From NCBI GenBank assembly GCA_965203175.1, contig OZ241867.1, positions 4,096,001-4,160,000 on the forward strand: DNA of 64,000 nucleotides, written 5' to 3'. The position numbers and the translations under genes were made by a program. Of this stretch, positions 18,867 to 28,499 are shown piece after piece. The first letter of the stretch is position 1; every line of letters begins with the position of its first letter. Below the pieces are notes generated by a model. That model ran no database searches. It was not told the DNA's origin and worked only from the letters and a program-made list of their open reading frames with translations. Source of the DNA: Candidatus Latescibacterota bacterium. Lineage in GTDB: Bacteria; Latescibacterota; UBA2968; UBA8231.

Positions 18867-20375
18867 ATGCCGGATTTGAACCTGTACTGGGGCGAGTTGC
18901 ACAACCACAACGAACTCGGCTATGCCCAGGGCAGTCTCGAGCGCAGCTACGAGATCGCCCGCTCCCACCTCGACTTCTACGCTTTCACCCCGCACGGGCT
19001 ACACGCCGACGGCGGTGTGCCGGACGGCTATCCCGTGGTGGTCGCCAATTGGGAGCGGATCCGCCGGGCTGCCAGCGAAAACAACCAGCCGGGCGAGTTT
19101 ACCTGTTTTCCAGCCTACGAGTGGCACTCTTCGGCTTGGGGGCACCTGCACGTGCTCAGCGCCGAGGATATGGAGTCGATGTACTGTGCGCGGAATCTCG
19201 CTGATTTGCAGGACCACTTCAGGAATAGACAGGCCATCTTGGTGCCCCATCACACGGCCTACGAGCGCGGGGTGGACTGGGAGGGCTTTGACGAGGCACT
19301 GTCGCCGGTGGTGGAAATTTTCTCCGAGCACGGCTCGTCGGAGCGCGACAGTGGCCTCTATCCCATGCTGGGGCACAGCGGCGGTCCGGCTGGATATCAA
19401 TACACCGTGCAACATGGCTTGGCTCTGGGCAAGCGGTTTGGCCTTGTGGCCGGCACTGATAACCACGACGGCTATCCTGGGGGTTACGGGTTAGGACTGA
19501 CGGGGATTTGGGCCGAGGAGAATAGCCGCGCTGCGCTCTTTGACGCCTTGCAGAAGCGGCGCACCACAGCCGTCACCGGAGATCGGATCGAGGTGTGTTT
19601 TCGCGCTGGGGAGGCTTGGATGGGCGAGGTGGTGAGTGGGCCAGCGGAGTGCAGGCTGGACTATCGGGTCGAGGGTTGGGACGCGCTCAAAAGCGTGGAA
19701 GTCGTGCGCGACAATTTTCCGGTGCACATAGAGGTGCCAGACTACAGCACGCCGCGGGCAACACAGCCGCAGCCCTATCGCCTGCGCTTTGAGTGGGGCT
19801 GGGGGCCGATGAAGGGATACCAAGTTTACGACTGGCAGGGGCGACTGCAGGTCGAAGGGGGACGGCTTTTGCAGGTCGTGCCCTGCTTTAGCTCCGATCC
19901 CTTTGACGAGGTGCGGCGCAAGCGCGTCCTCGAATGGGATGAGAGGCGGTGTGCTTGGCAGTCCCACACTTCGCGCGGTTCTGTCTTTACCACGCGCAAT
20001 GGTTCCACAGCGCCAAGGGCCAACGACGCCCTGTGCGTGGAGGTGGAGGGGACACAAGAGACGCGGGTCGAACTTGAATTCGACTGCCGCACCAGCAAGA
20101 GCCTGTTGGCCACGGCTACCGACTGGTCGCTCACGGGCAAACTCGGCGGTTCCCGGACCTGCTTCAGCATCGGCGAGCTTTTGCAGGGACGCCAGGGCTG
20201 GCGCGTGGATGGGCTACCCACTTGGGTCGTGGCCCACCGGGCCTTGCCCGAGGTGCTCTACGCCCTAAAGGGTCACTTTATCGACCGGAGCGAGATGCCG
20301 ACCTATTACTATCTGCGCGTCACCCAAGAAAACGGCCAGTTGGCTTGGAGCAGTCCCATCTGGTTTGAGGAATGA
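18867..20375 (+). CDS. PHP-like metallohydrolase (DUF3604-like)
   Basis: GAGGAGG RBS; 'WGELHNH', 'AYEW', 'VPHH', 'VEIFSEHG', 'GTDNHDG', 'LFDALQKRRT', C-terminal 'YYYLRVTQENGQLAWSSPIW'. Confidence 0.75.
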   Translation: MPDLNLYWGELHNHNELGYAQGSLERSYEIARSHLDFYAFTPHGLHADGGVPDGYPVVVANWERIRRAASENNQPGEFTCFPAYEWHSSAWGHLHVLSAEDMESMYCARNLADLQDHFRNRQAILVPHHTAYERGVDWEGFDEALSPVVEIFSEHGSSERDSGLYPMLGHSGGPAGYQYTVQHGLALGKRFGLVAGTDNHDGYPGGYGLGLTGIWAEENSRAALFDALQKRRTTAVTGDRIEVCFRAGEAWMGEVVSGPAECRLDYRVEGWDALKSVEVVRDNFPVHIEVPDYSTPRATQPQPYRLRFEWGWGPMKGYQVYDWQGRLQVEGGRLLQVVPCFSSDPFDEVRRKRVLEWDERRCAWQSHTSRGSVFTTRNGSTAPRANDALCVEVEGTQETRVELEFDCRTSKSLLATATDWSLTGKLGGSRTCFSIGELLQGRQGWRVDGLPTWVVAHRALPEVLYALKGHFIDRSEMPTYYYLRVTQENGQLAWSSPIWFEE

Positions 20376-20392
20376 CGAGAACGGAGCGTTCT

Positions 20393-21550
20393 ATGAAAAT
20401 TACCTCTATCGACGTCTTTTCCTGCGAGGGTGGCTGGCGCACGCTGAATTTTGTCAAGGTGGGGACAGACGAGGGCATTACCGGTTATGCGGAATGCAAT
20501 TGCGTCCGCTCGGAGGCCATTTTGCGAGCGGCGATCACCTATCTGGGGTCGCTGGTCATGGGCTGCAACCCGTTCCAGACCGAGAAAATCCAGTTCGATC
20601 TCTACCGGGCGACCCAGCGGCAGTTGGGCGGTGCGGCGCACCAGGCTATTTCGGCCATTGACGCGGCGTTGCTCGACATCAAAGGCAAGGCGCTCGGAGT
20701 ACCGGTTTACGAATTGTTCGGTGGCGCATTCCAAACCCGGATTCGGACTTATTACACCCACTGCGGGCGGGCGGAGCCACAAAATCCAGAGGTGCCGCCC
20801 GTCAAAGCGCCTGCTGATATCCCAGCCTGTGCGGCCTATGTAAAGAGCTTGGGATTCCGCGACGTCAAAGTCAACTATCCGCTGACCCCGGAAGACCGCG
20901 GCGATATCACTCCGGGTACCCTTGGGAAGATCGTCGAGTGGATTGGCGCTTGGCAGGAGGCCCTAGGGCCGGAGTGCAGCATCGCGCTCGACGTGGCCTT
21001 TGCCTTCAAAATGGCGGGGATTTCCAAACTGGCCAAGGCGCTCGAGCCCTTCAATATGCTGTGGCTCGAAGCCGAAACCCTCGACCCGCAGGCGCTGAAG
21101 TCCGTCCGGGAATCGACATCGACGCCCATTTGCATTGGCGAGAGTTTGTACCGGACCCAGGGTTTTAAGCCCTATCTGGAGGAGCACGCGCTCGATATCA
21201 TCATGCCCGATACGGTGTGGAATGGCATCACCATGGGCAAAAAGGTGGCCGACTACGCCAATACCTATGATATCCTCTTTGCGCCGCACAACTCTCACGG
21301 CGTGCTAGGCGGATTGCAGGCCGCTCACCTGTGCGCCACTTGCGAGAATTTTAAGATCCTCGAGTACGAGCACGACGATGTGCCTTGGCGCAACGACATC
21401 GCGACCGATCCGATCGTCATTGAGGACGGCTGTATCGAGCTGTCGGACCGCCCGGGCTTTGGCTGCGATATTGTCGAAGAGCAAATCGCCGAGCATCCGC
21501 CCAAAACGGGGACTAGTACTCTCGCGATGGCTATGGGACAAACCAGATAA
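20393..21550 (+). CDS. Mandelate racemase/muconate lactonizing enzyme family (enolase superfamily) dehydratase
   Basis: 'VKVGTDEGITGYAE', 'AISAIDAALLDIKGKALGVPVYELFGG', metal ligands D/E/E ('ALDV', 'WLEAE', 'IGES'), 'APHN'. Confidence 0.9.
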   Translation: MKITSIDVFSCEGGWRTLNFVKVGTDEGITGYAECNCVRSEAILRAAITYLGSLVMGCNPFQTEKIQFDLYRATQRQLGGAAHQAISAIDAALLDIKGKALGVPVYELFGGAFQTRIRTYYTHCGRAEPQNPEVPPVKAPADIPACAAYVKSLGFRDVKVNYPLTPEDRGDITPGTLGKIVEWIGAWQEALGPECSIALDVAFAFKMAGISKLAKALEPFNMLWLEAETLDPQALKSVRESTSTPICIGESLYRTQGFKPYLEEHALDIIMPDTVWNGITMGKKVADYANTYDILFAPHNSHGVLGGLQAAHLCATCENFKILEYEHDDVPWRNDIATDPIVIEDGCIELSDRPGFGCDIVEEQIAEHPPKTGTSTLAMAMGQTR

Positions 21551-21562
21551 TTCTCTATAGAC

Positions 21563-23017
21563 CTAGAAGCTCGGGGCTGGCGCGTCTTCGGGCCGTCCGC
21601 CCGCTTGGCGAAATGCGTGGTATTCTCTTTCGAGTACGGTGCGTACCCGGTACTGGGGTTGGCTGTGGGTCTTGGACTGATAGGGCAAGTTGCCGAGCCA
21701 GTGCTCGGAGAGCAGGCCGCGCAGGTGGTGTTCGGCCTCCCGATATTGGGGATCGCCGGCTAGGTTTTTCAGCTCGTGGGGATCGGCCACCACATCGTAG
21801 AGTTCGGCCGAGCCATCGGCGTAGTGGGCGTACTTGTGCTCTTTGGTCAATACCATGATCCGCGTCTGAATCTCGCTGAAGACGGCGTCGCGGATGGAGC
21901 CGGTGGGATTGTCAAACAGCGGGGCGATGTCCTCGCCCTGCAGCGTAGGAGGCAATTCCGCATCGCAGGCTCGATAGAACAAAGGCACCAAGTCCAGAGT
22001 GCTGACTAGGGCCGGACTCCGCTGCCCGGCTGGCACGCCCGGCCCGCGCATAATCAGCGGTACGTGTACCATAGAATCGTAAAAGAAGCCCTTGTAGCTG
22101 AGGCCGTGATCGCCGAGAGCATCGCCGTGGTCGGAGGTGAAGATGATGAGGGTGTCGTCGAGGGTGCCAGCCGCCTCCAAGACTTGGAGCATCTTGCCAA
22201 TGCCCTCGTCGATGAGGGTGATATTGGCGTAGTAGTGCGCCCGCCAGCGCCGATACTGCTTGGGGGTGGCGAGCGAGGGGTCGATGCGGAACATGGAGTT
22301 GCCGAGCGAACTCTGGCTGTGGCGTTGGGCGGGAGGTTTGGTCGCCAGTTCCTCTGCGGAGCCGATGGGTTCGGGGATGGGAGCGTCGTAGTAGAGGGCG
22401 GCCATTTCTTCGGGGGGATCGTACGGGTCGTGCGGCCCGGCAAAACTCACCCATGCAGCGAACGGCTCGGCTCCGTGCCCCGCTAGCCAATCTGCGGCTT
22501 GGTCGCCAATGAAGCCATCGACGTGGAAGCGCTTGGGCCGAGGAGTGATCGGCGCACCTAGGCTCTCGAAATACTGGGGCAGAGTCACTGGATGGGGCCG
22601 GTCCAGTCCGTGGGCTTTGAGGAAGTGGACGTGGTCGTCGGGCAAGTACACGTGGCGCTTGTCCTCGGCGATAATGCGCTCGTCAAAGCCGCCCAAATCG
22701 TCCCAAGGACTGAAGTGCATCTTGCCGATGCCAGCGGTGCGTCGTCCCGTCGCCTCCAGTCGCGCTGGCCACGTTGGCACGGACGGGTGGAGCCAGCCGC
22801 CGTTGTCGATTACGCCGGTGGCCGAAGCGTACTGGCCGCTGAGGAAGGAGGCTCGGCAGGGCACGCAAACTGGAGAGGAGACGCTGCAGTTTTCAAAGAC
22901 CATGCCCTCTGCGGCCAAGCGATCGAGGGCGGGCGTCTGCATGAAGTCGAGGCCGTAGCACGGCAGGCTGTCCCAACGCTGTTGGTCCGTGGTGATGAAT
23001 AGTAAATTTCTGGCCAT
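21563..23017 (-). CDS. Formylglycine-dependent (Cys-type) sulfatase
   Basis: 'NLLFITTDQQR', CxPxR motif 'SPVCVPCRASF', 'GKMH', 'PHDPY', 'FTSDHG'; ATG 23017 preceded by AAGGA. Confidence 0.92.
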   Translation of the reverse strand: MARNLLFITTDQQRWDSLPCYGLDFMQTPALDRLAAEGMVFENCSVSSPVCVPCRASFLSGQYASATGVIDNGGWLHPSVPTWPARLEATGRRTAGIGKMHFSPWDDLGGFDERIIAEDKRHVYLPDDHVHFLKAHGLDRPHPVTLPQYFESLGAPITPRPKRFHVDGFIGDQAADWLAGHGAEPFAAWVSFAGPHDPYDPPEEMAALYYDAPIPEPIGSAEELATKPPAQRHSQSSLGNSMFRIDPSLATPKQYRRWRAHYYANITLIDEGIGKMLQVLEAAGTLDDTLIIFTSDHGDALGDHGLSYKGFFYDSMVHVPLIMRGPGVPAGQRSPALVSTLDLVPLFYRACDAELPPTLQGEDIAPLFDNPTGSIRDAVFSEIQTRIMVLTKEHKYAHYADGSAELYDVVADPHELKNLAGDPQYREAEHHLRGLLSEHWLGNLPYQSKTHSQPQYRVRTVLEREYHAFRQAGGRPEDAPAPSF

Positions 23018-23065
23018 AAGTAGATTCCTTTGACTGACCTGCACAGGGTGGGAAAAGGCGAAGGG

Positions 23066-23094
23066 ATAATAGATTTGTCTAAATCGAGCGTCAA
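23066..23094 (-). promoter_or_regulatory. Sigma70-type promoter for the sulfatase, with an internal GATTT-N4-AAATC inverted repeat
   Basis: Minus strand reads TTGACG-17 nt-TATTAT; gatttgtctaaatc (23072-23085) lies in the spacer. Confidence 0.55.
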
Positions 23095-23098
23095 GTAA

Positions 23099-24046
23099 GT
23101 GCAGATGCGTCTAGAATTTTGGCTAATTATCGGGTTGCTGGTGGCCTGCGATAGCGGCGAGAAACCGGCAGCGTCAGGGGACCGTGCCAGCATAAGTCGG
23201 GAGAGCGCCGAGGGGTTCCGGTTGTTGCAACAGGGCCGGACCGAGGAAGCGCTGACCCTGCTGCAGCGGGCTGCCGAGAAAGACTCGGCAAGCATGGAAG
23301 TCCACTACAATATGGGCGTGGCGCATACGCACCTGAAAGAGTACGCAAAAGCCATTGTGGCCTTTGCGCGCGCCGTGGAGCTGGGGCCGGAAAATCCAGA
23401 CGCGCATTTTGCCTTGGGGATTGCCTTGGGGGTTGAACACCGCCAGCGCGACGCAGCTAAACACTTTGCGCGGGCGGCGGTATTGGCACCAGACCGCGCC
23501 GCATACCATTTTCGTCTCGGAGAGGCCCGCCAAGCCCTAGGCGAGGTCGAGGGGGCACTCGCGGCGTTTGCCGCGGCAATCCGCGTGGATTCGACGCACG
23601 TGGACGCTCATTTCTTGCGCGCTGGTCTGCTGGCCTCAAGCAACCGGCCGGAGGAAGCCGAGCAAGGATATAGACGTGCGAGTGAGTTAGACAGCCGACG
23701 TGCGGACATCCTGTGGGAACTGGGTCAGGTCTATATGCAGAAGGGCCAATACCCGCAGGCCGCTGAAGTGCTGAGAAGCGCCCTTGAACTCGAACCGCGC
23801 AATACTCATGCGCTCTATCTGTTGAGCCAAGTGTATTTGCTCTGCGGCCAGCCGGACGAACGAGCGGAAGTCTTGCGCACCTTCCAGCGCCTGAGCGCGG
23901 CCCAGCGGCATTTCAAGCAAGGCGCGTTATACGCCGAACGCGGGGCCATAGACGAGGCGCGGAAGGCACTAAAAGAAGCCTTGGTGCTCGATCCAGACCA
24001 TGCCAAGGCTCAGGGAAAATTGGAACAGTTGGATAAAGAACGATGA
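23099..24046 (+). CDS. TPR-repeat lipoprotein
   Basis: Lipobox 'LLVA|C'; TPR repeats ('VHYNMGVAH', 'AHFALGIAL', 'YHFRLGEAR', 'LWELGQVY'). Confidence 0.88.
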   Translation: MQMRLEFWLIIGLLVACDSGEKPAASGDRASISRESAEGFRLLQQGRTEEALTLLQRAAEKDSASMEVHYNMGVAHTHLKEYAKAIVAFARAVELGPENPDAHFALGIALGVEHRQRDAAKHFARAAVLAPDRAAYHFRLGEARQALGEVEGALAAFAAAIRVDSTHVDAHFLRAGLLASSNRPEEAEQGYRRASELDSRRADILWELGQVYMQKGQYPQAAEVLRSALELEPRNTHALYLLSQVYLLCGQPDERAEVLRTFQRLSAAQRHFKQGALYAERGAIDEARKALKEALVLDPDHAKAQGKLEQLDKER

Positions 24047-25704
24047 AGGCGTGCATCTTGTTCGTTCTTTTGCTGGCTTGCTCACCTCCAGAAGAGCAGC
24101 CGCTTGACTCGGAGCCTATGGCGTCTGAACAGTCCCACTTTGTCGATGTGGCTGCGGATATGGGTCTGACGAAAGTCCACACGGGCGGCAGCGCAGAAAA
24201 AGGCTATATCGCAGAGGCCAAAGGAGGGGGTGCGGCTTGGTTGGACTTTGACGGCGACGGCGATTTGGATCTCTACTGGGTGAACGGAGCCGCGCTGGAC
24301 GATATACAAGGAGGCGGCAATGCTCTCTACCGCAACGATGGAGGAAGCGGTTTTGTCGATGTGGCCAATTCTTTAAACGCAGCGGGCCGGGGCTGGGGCA
24401 TGGGTGCTGTCAGCGCCGACTACGACAACGACGGGGATGCGGACCTCTACGTCACCAACCTGCGCGCGAATATATTCTACCGCAACGACGGCGATGCGGG
24501 TTTTGCCGAAGTGGGAGGCGAGGTCGGGGCGGCTGGAGCCGCTTGGAGCACGGGCGCGGCGTTTGGGGACTACGACCGGGACGGGGACGTCGATCTGTAC
24601 GTGGCCGGCTACGCCGAGTTCGAACCTGGGGAAATCCCGCGACTGGGCAGCCAGTGGAAAGGGGTCGATGTATTTGTCGGGCCGCTGGGGTTGGCACCGG
24701 AGGCCGACTCGTTCTACCGCAACGAGGACGGCTTCTTTGTGGAGGTCACCGAGGAGACCGGCTTGGCCCATCCAGAGCCGGGCTACGGTTTTGGGGTGCT
24801 CTTCGTCGATGTGGACGACGATGGGGATGTCGATCTGTACGTGGCCAATGACTCTACGCCCAATTTCCTGTGGCGCAACGAGGGGGATGGCACCTTCGCC
24901 GAGGTGGGGCTGCAAGCCCAAGTGGCGTATGGGGCGATGGGGCACTCACAGGCCGGCATGGGCGTGGCCTGGGGCGATTACGACGGGGACGGTCGGCTTG
25001 ATATTTTCTCGACGCACTTTGAGGACGACTACAATACCCTCTACCGCAACGAGGGTGAGGGCCTGTTCGCCGATGCGTCTGTCGCGGCGGGTCTGGGCAG
25101 GACCAGCTTTCACTTGGTGGGTTTTGGCACTGGATTTTTCGACCGCGACAACGACGGAGACCTAGACCTGCTGGTGGCCAACGGACACGTCTATCCGCAA
25201 ATAGAGCGCGCGGGCAGCGGCACTTCGTATGCCCAACCCAACCAGCTCCTCGACAATCGCGGCGGCCACTTCGAGTTGCTCTTGCCTAGCAACGGCGACA
25301 GCCTGGGTGCGGCCAAGGTGAGTCGGGGGAGCGCGATTGCCGACTACGACAACGACGGCGATCTGGACATTCTCGTCACCAATCTCGACGACCGACCGAC
25401 GCTCTTGCGCAACGATGTCGGGAATAGACAGAACTGGTTGGGGGTCGAGTTGGTCGGCAGGGAGAGCAATCGGGGTGGGATTGGTGCTCGCCTGCGCTTG
25501 GCAGCCGGCGGCAAAGTGCAAGTCCGCGATATTATCAGCGGCAGCAGTTTTCTCTCCAGCGAGGATCCGCGCGCCCATTTTGGTTTGGGCCGAACTGAGA
25601 CGGTGGACTCGCTATGGATGCGCTGGCCGAGCGGGGCCGTGCAGGTGTTGAAGAACTTGCGGATTAACCAGTATTTGGTCGTGGAAGAGGACGGGACTGA
25701 ATGA
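24043..25704 (+). CDS. CRTAC1-family lipoprotein (FG-GAP/VCBS repeats + ASPIC/UnbV domain)
   Basis: Lipobox 'LLLA|C'; repeated 'DxDxDGDxDLY' motifs; ASPIC/UnbV C-terminus 'SNRGGIGAR...GSSFLSSEDPRAHFGLG...RWPSG'. Confidence 0.92.
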   Translation: MKACILFVLLLACSPPEEQPLDSEPMASEQSHFVDVAADMGLTKVHTGGSAEKGYIAEAKGGGAAWLDFDGDGDLDLYWVNGAALDDIQGGGNALYRNDGGSGFVDVANSLNAAGRGWGMGAVSADYDNDGDADLYVTNLRANIFYRNDGDAGFAEVGGEVGAAGAAWSTGAAFGDYDRDGDVDLYVAGYAEFEPGEIPRLGSQWKGVDVFVGPLGLAPEADSFYRNEDGFFVEVTEETGLAHPEPGYGFGVLFVDVDDDGDVDLYVANDSTPNFLWRNEGDGTFAEVGLQAQVAYGAMGHSQAGMGVAWGDYDGDGRLDIFSTHFEDDYNTLYRNEGEGLFADASVAAGLGRTSFHLVGFGTGFFDRDNDGDLDLLVANGHVYPQIERAGSGTSYAQPNQLLDNRGGHFELLLPSNGDSLGAAKVSRGSAIADYDNDGDLDILVTNLDDRPTLLRNDVGNRQNWLGVELVGRESNRGGIGARLRLAAGGKVQVRDIISGSSFLSSEDPRAHFGLGRTETVDSLWMRWPSGAVQVLKNLRINQYLVVEEDGTE

Positions 25705-25713
25705 CGCTGAGCC

Positions 25714-26871
25714 TCAGACCGCGACTCCTTCGAGCCACGGCAAATCCACCTCAATGCCAAAGCCGGGCGCGGCACTGGGCACGAGATAGCCGTCTTGGAT
25801 GGCTGGCGTGCCGGGCAAGAGGACCATTTCGTGGAGCGGCACCCCAGGCGGCGACACGCTTTCCGAGCGCTCGCCCCAGACGATGGCGGGCATGGCAAAA
25901 GAAAGGTGCTGGCCGTAGGGGTGGTTCATGCCGCCGTGGGTGATTACCGAGACGCCTGCGGCCTCGGCGAGGTGGCAGATTTTGACCCCGGCCGTTATCC
26001 CTCCGACCCACAGCACGTCTGGTTGCAGAATATCGACGAAGCGGCCGTCGAGCGCTTGAGCAAAGGAGCGCGGCAAGTACCAGTGCTCGCCCGAGGCAAG
26101 GGTTTGCCAAGGGAGCCGTTGGCGCACTTGGGCGTAGCCGAGCCAATCGTCTGCGGGTAGGTAGTCTTCGATCCACTTCAGGCGATAGGGACGGAGCATT
26201 TCGGCGAGGCGGACTAGGTGTTCCACATCCTGCGACAGCCAGCAGTCGAGGCACAGCTCGATCTCATCGCCGATGAGCTGGCGCGTGGAGGCCACGAGTT
26301 CCTCGATTTTTTGGAGGCCGTCGAGGCCGTCGGCCGCGCCCCACGGGGTGAAGAGCTTGGTCGCCTTAAAGCCTAGCTCCATGTACCACTCCTGTTCAAA
26401 CCCAGAAGCGTAGCAGAAAATTTTGTCCTTTTGCGGGCCGCCGAGCAGTTCGTACACGGGTCTTTGCAGCAGCTTGCCCTTGAGGTCCCACAGCGCAGTA
26501 TCCACGGCGCTAATGGCGTAGCTGGCCAGCCCTTGGCCGCCAAAGGGCGCGGTGGAGCGGACCATGACGTCCCACAGCTTCTCCGTCGCCATGCAGTTTT
26601 CGCCGGTGAGCAGGGAGGCGAAGTGATCGTTGATGATGGGCAGCACGGGCGGCGAGTGGACGGTTAGCCCGAGGCCCCAAGTGCCGTCCTCAGCCGTGAC
26701 CACGCAGGCGATGCGGTGCCACGGTGGGGTGCCAGAGCGGTCGGCGCGGAAGCGGTCGTAGCGGTCGAGCGGCCGGTGTAGGGTATGATTGGGCCGTTGG
26801 GCGGGGCGCGGGGTTGTCTTCTGAGGGGGCGTGAGTGCGATTTGCGCGGCGCGGATTTCCTTGATTTTCAC
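25714..26871 (-). CDS. L-rhamnonate dehydratase-like enolase-superfamily enzyme
   Basis: 'YAISAVDTALWDLKGKLLQRPVYELLGGP', 'LDCW', 'KWIEDYL', 'ASGEHWY', 'ILQPDVLWVGG', 'THGG'. Confidence 0.8.
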   Translation of the reverse strand: MKIKEIRAAQIALTPPQKTTPRPAQRPNHTLHRPLDRYDRFRADRSGTPPWHRIACVVTAEDGTWGLGLTVHSPPVLPIINDHFASLLTGENCMATEKLWDVMVRSTAPFGGQGLASYAISAVDTALWDLKGKLLQRPVYELLGGPQKDKIFCYASGFEQEWYMELGFKATKLFTPWGAADGLDGLQKIEELVASTRQLIGDEIELCLDCWLSQDVEHLVRLAEMLRPYRLKWIEDYLPADDWLGYAQVRQRLPWQTLASGEHWYLPRSFAQALDGRFVDILQPDVLWVGGITAGVKICHLAEAAGVSVITHGGMNHPYGQHLSFAMPAIVWGERSESVSPPGVPLHEMVLLPGTPAIQDGYLVPSAAPGFGIEVDLPWLEGVAV

Positions 26872-26881
26872 GGGAGCCTGC

Positions 26882-28156
26882 TCAGGTGAGTTGGGAAAAG
26901 CGGTTGGGCGTGAAGAGGGTTTGTAGAGTTTGGGCGATGCCGGCGCGGGTTACTTGTCGGCCCGCATCGTGCAGGTCTTGGTATTTTTCGGTTAGGACGT
27001 TGGCGAGGATGTCGCGGAAGCGCTGCCACTTGGGGATGAGGTTTTCTAGCACGCGGGCGTCTGAGTTGAAGGGGATGAAGCGGTCGCCGGTCATCTCCAA
27101 GCGCATCCGCAGGTCCTGTTCGACCAAGCCCGGATGGTAGTTAAACCACCAGTGGCCAATGACCATGATGTTGTCGTTGTGGCAGGAGAGGACGCTGGCG
27201 TCGTATTGGTTGGCGTTGTGGAGCGGTGTGATGAAGAAGGCGTTGTCGGGATGGCGGCGCACTAACTGCTGGTAGGGATACATGTCGGCTAGGCCCACGC
27301 CGTCGCCGGCGTCGCGCCACTCGGGTTTGAGTTGGCGGATGGGGCCGGGCATCATGAAGAAGGGCAAGTTGAGTTCGCGCAGGGCTGGCAGCACGGAGTG
27401 GTGGAGGACGGCGCCTTCTAGTCCGCTGAGGTCGTGGACTTGGCAATGGGGCGGGAACGAGCACGCGCCGTACGCGACGCCGTGCAGCTTGTCGTACCAG
27501 TCGGCGAGGAAGCGGCGGATCGCACGGGCTGTGGCTGGCTGGCTGGGGTCGTTGCCAACTTCGTAGCCCCAGGCGTTGAGTTTCACTGCGGCGCGCGGGT
27601 AGTGCAAGACGAGTTCGTCGAGGCGGTAGCCGGATAGATAGCACTCGTCCCACTCGCCGCTTTCGTAATAGGCGCGCTCTTGGTCGTTGAACACGTCTTG
27701 GGTGCCGACGATGCGACGCACACCGGCCAACTCCATGCAGCGGCGTTGGATTTCTTCAGGGGCGGTGTCCGCGTAGAACTGGCGCGCTTCGTCGAGGGTC
27801 GCGGCGTTGGAGTCGAGGCCGAGGGCTTCTAGTGCGACGACCACGCCGCGACAACCTTCGTCGAATGGATCGGAAGCAGCGTCGGCGAAAAGCCTCTGCC
27901 AAGTAAAGTCGCCTTGCTGTTCTAAGCTCCAGGAGTAGAAAGTAGCCGGGTCGATGTGACCGGCGGCGAAGAGCTTGCGGCGCACGTAGTGATAGGCGAG
28001 TTGCTGGTCGATGCCGTACAGGCAGAGCTGGGGGCCAGCTTGGGGGCCGAGGAGATGGGTGTGCCAGTCGTCGACGATCAGCCGTTGGGCTGAGGTTTCT
28101 TCGGCGACGACGGCGGGGATTTGGTCGCGGAATAAGGGTAGAGTAGAGGTGCTCAT
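26882..28156 (-). CDS. uxaC: Uronate (glucuronate) isomerase, divergent Bh0493-like type
   Basis: 'DDWHTHL', 'LYGIDQQLAYHY', 'EGCRGV', 'GHWWF', 'MRLEMTG..FIPFNSDARVLE.LI.KW'; ATG 28156 preceded by AGGAG. Confidence 0.75.
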   Translation of the reverse strand: MSTSTLPLFRDQIPAVVAEETSAQRLIVDDWHTHLLGPQAGPQLCLYGIDQQLAYHYVRRKLFAAGHIDPATFYSWSLEQQGDFTWQRLFADAASDPFDEGCRGVVVALEALGLDSNAATLDEARQFYADTAPEEIQRRCMELAGVRRIVGTQDVFNDQERAYYESGEWDECYLSGYRLDELVLHYPRAAVKLNAWGYEVGNDPSQPATARAIRRFLADWYDKLHGVAYGACSFPPHCQVHDLSGLEGAVLHHSVLPALRELNLPFFMMPGPIRQLKPEWRDAGDGVGLADMYPYQQLVRRHPDNAFFITPLHNANQYDASVLSCHNDNIMVIGHWWFNYHPGLVEQDLRMRLEMTGDRFIPFNSDARVLENLIPKWQRFRDILANVLTEKYQDLHDAGRQVTRAGIAQTLQTLFTPNRFSQLT

Positions 28157-28302
28157 GGCGGAGGCTCCTGTCGGGGTAAGGGCCATAAACAGTAGGCCAA
28201 GAGCCACGGGGAGTCAAAGTTGCTCTTGTGTGCCGATGGACCAAGAGCTTTCGCCGTTACTGCGTCGCTTGTTATTTTTTTAAAACAACAACGAGGTTTT
28301 AT

Positions 28303-28494
28303 ATGGCTACAACAGTTACTTTAGACTCGGGAATCGTCCAAGCCATCCAGCAGGCGACAGGGCAAAAAGACAAAGCCTCCGCAGTGCACATGGCATTAAA
28401 TGAATACCTGCGTTGGCAAAAGCTCCGCCAACTAGCCGATCTAGCCGGTACTGTTGAGCTACGCTATTCCAACGACGAGTTGGAGGCGATGTAA
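28303..28494 (+). CDS. vapB: VapB-family antitoxin (orphan)
   Basis: 'MATTVTLDSGIVQAIQQATGQKDKASAVHMALNEYLR...LADLAGTV'; GAGG RBS; no PIN toxin follows. Confidence 0.65.
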   Translation: MATTVTLDSGIVQAIQQATGQKDKASAVHMALNEYLRWQKLRQLADLAGTVELRYSNDELEAM

Positions 28495-28499
28495 AAGTC

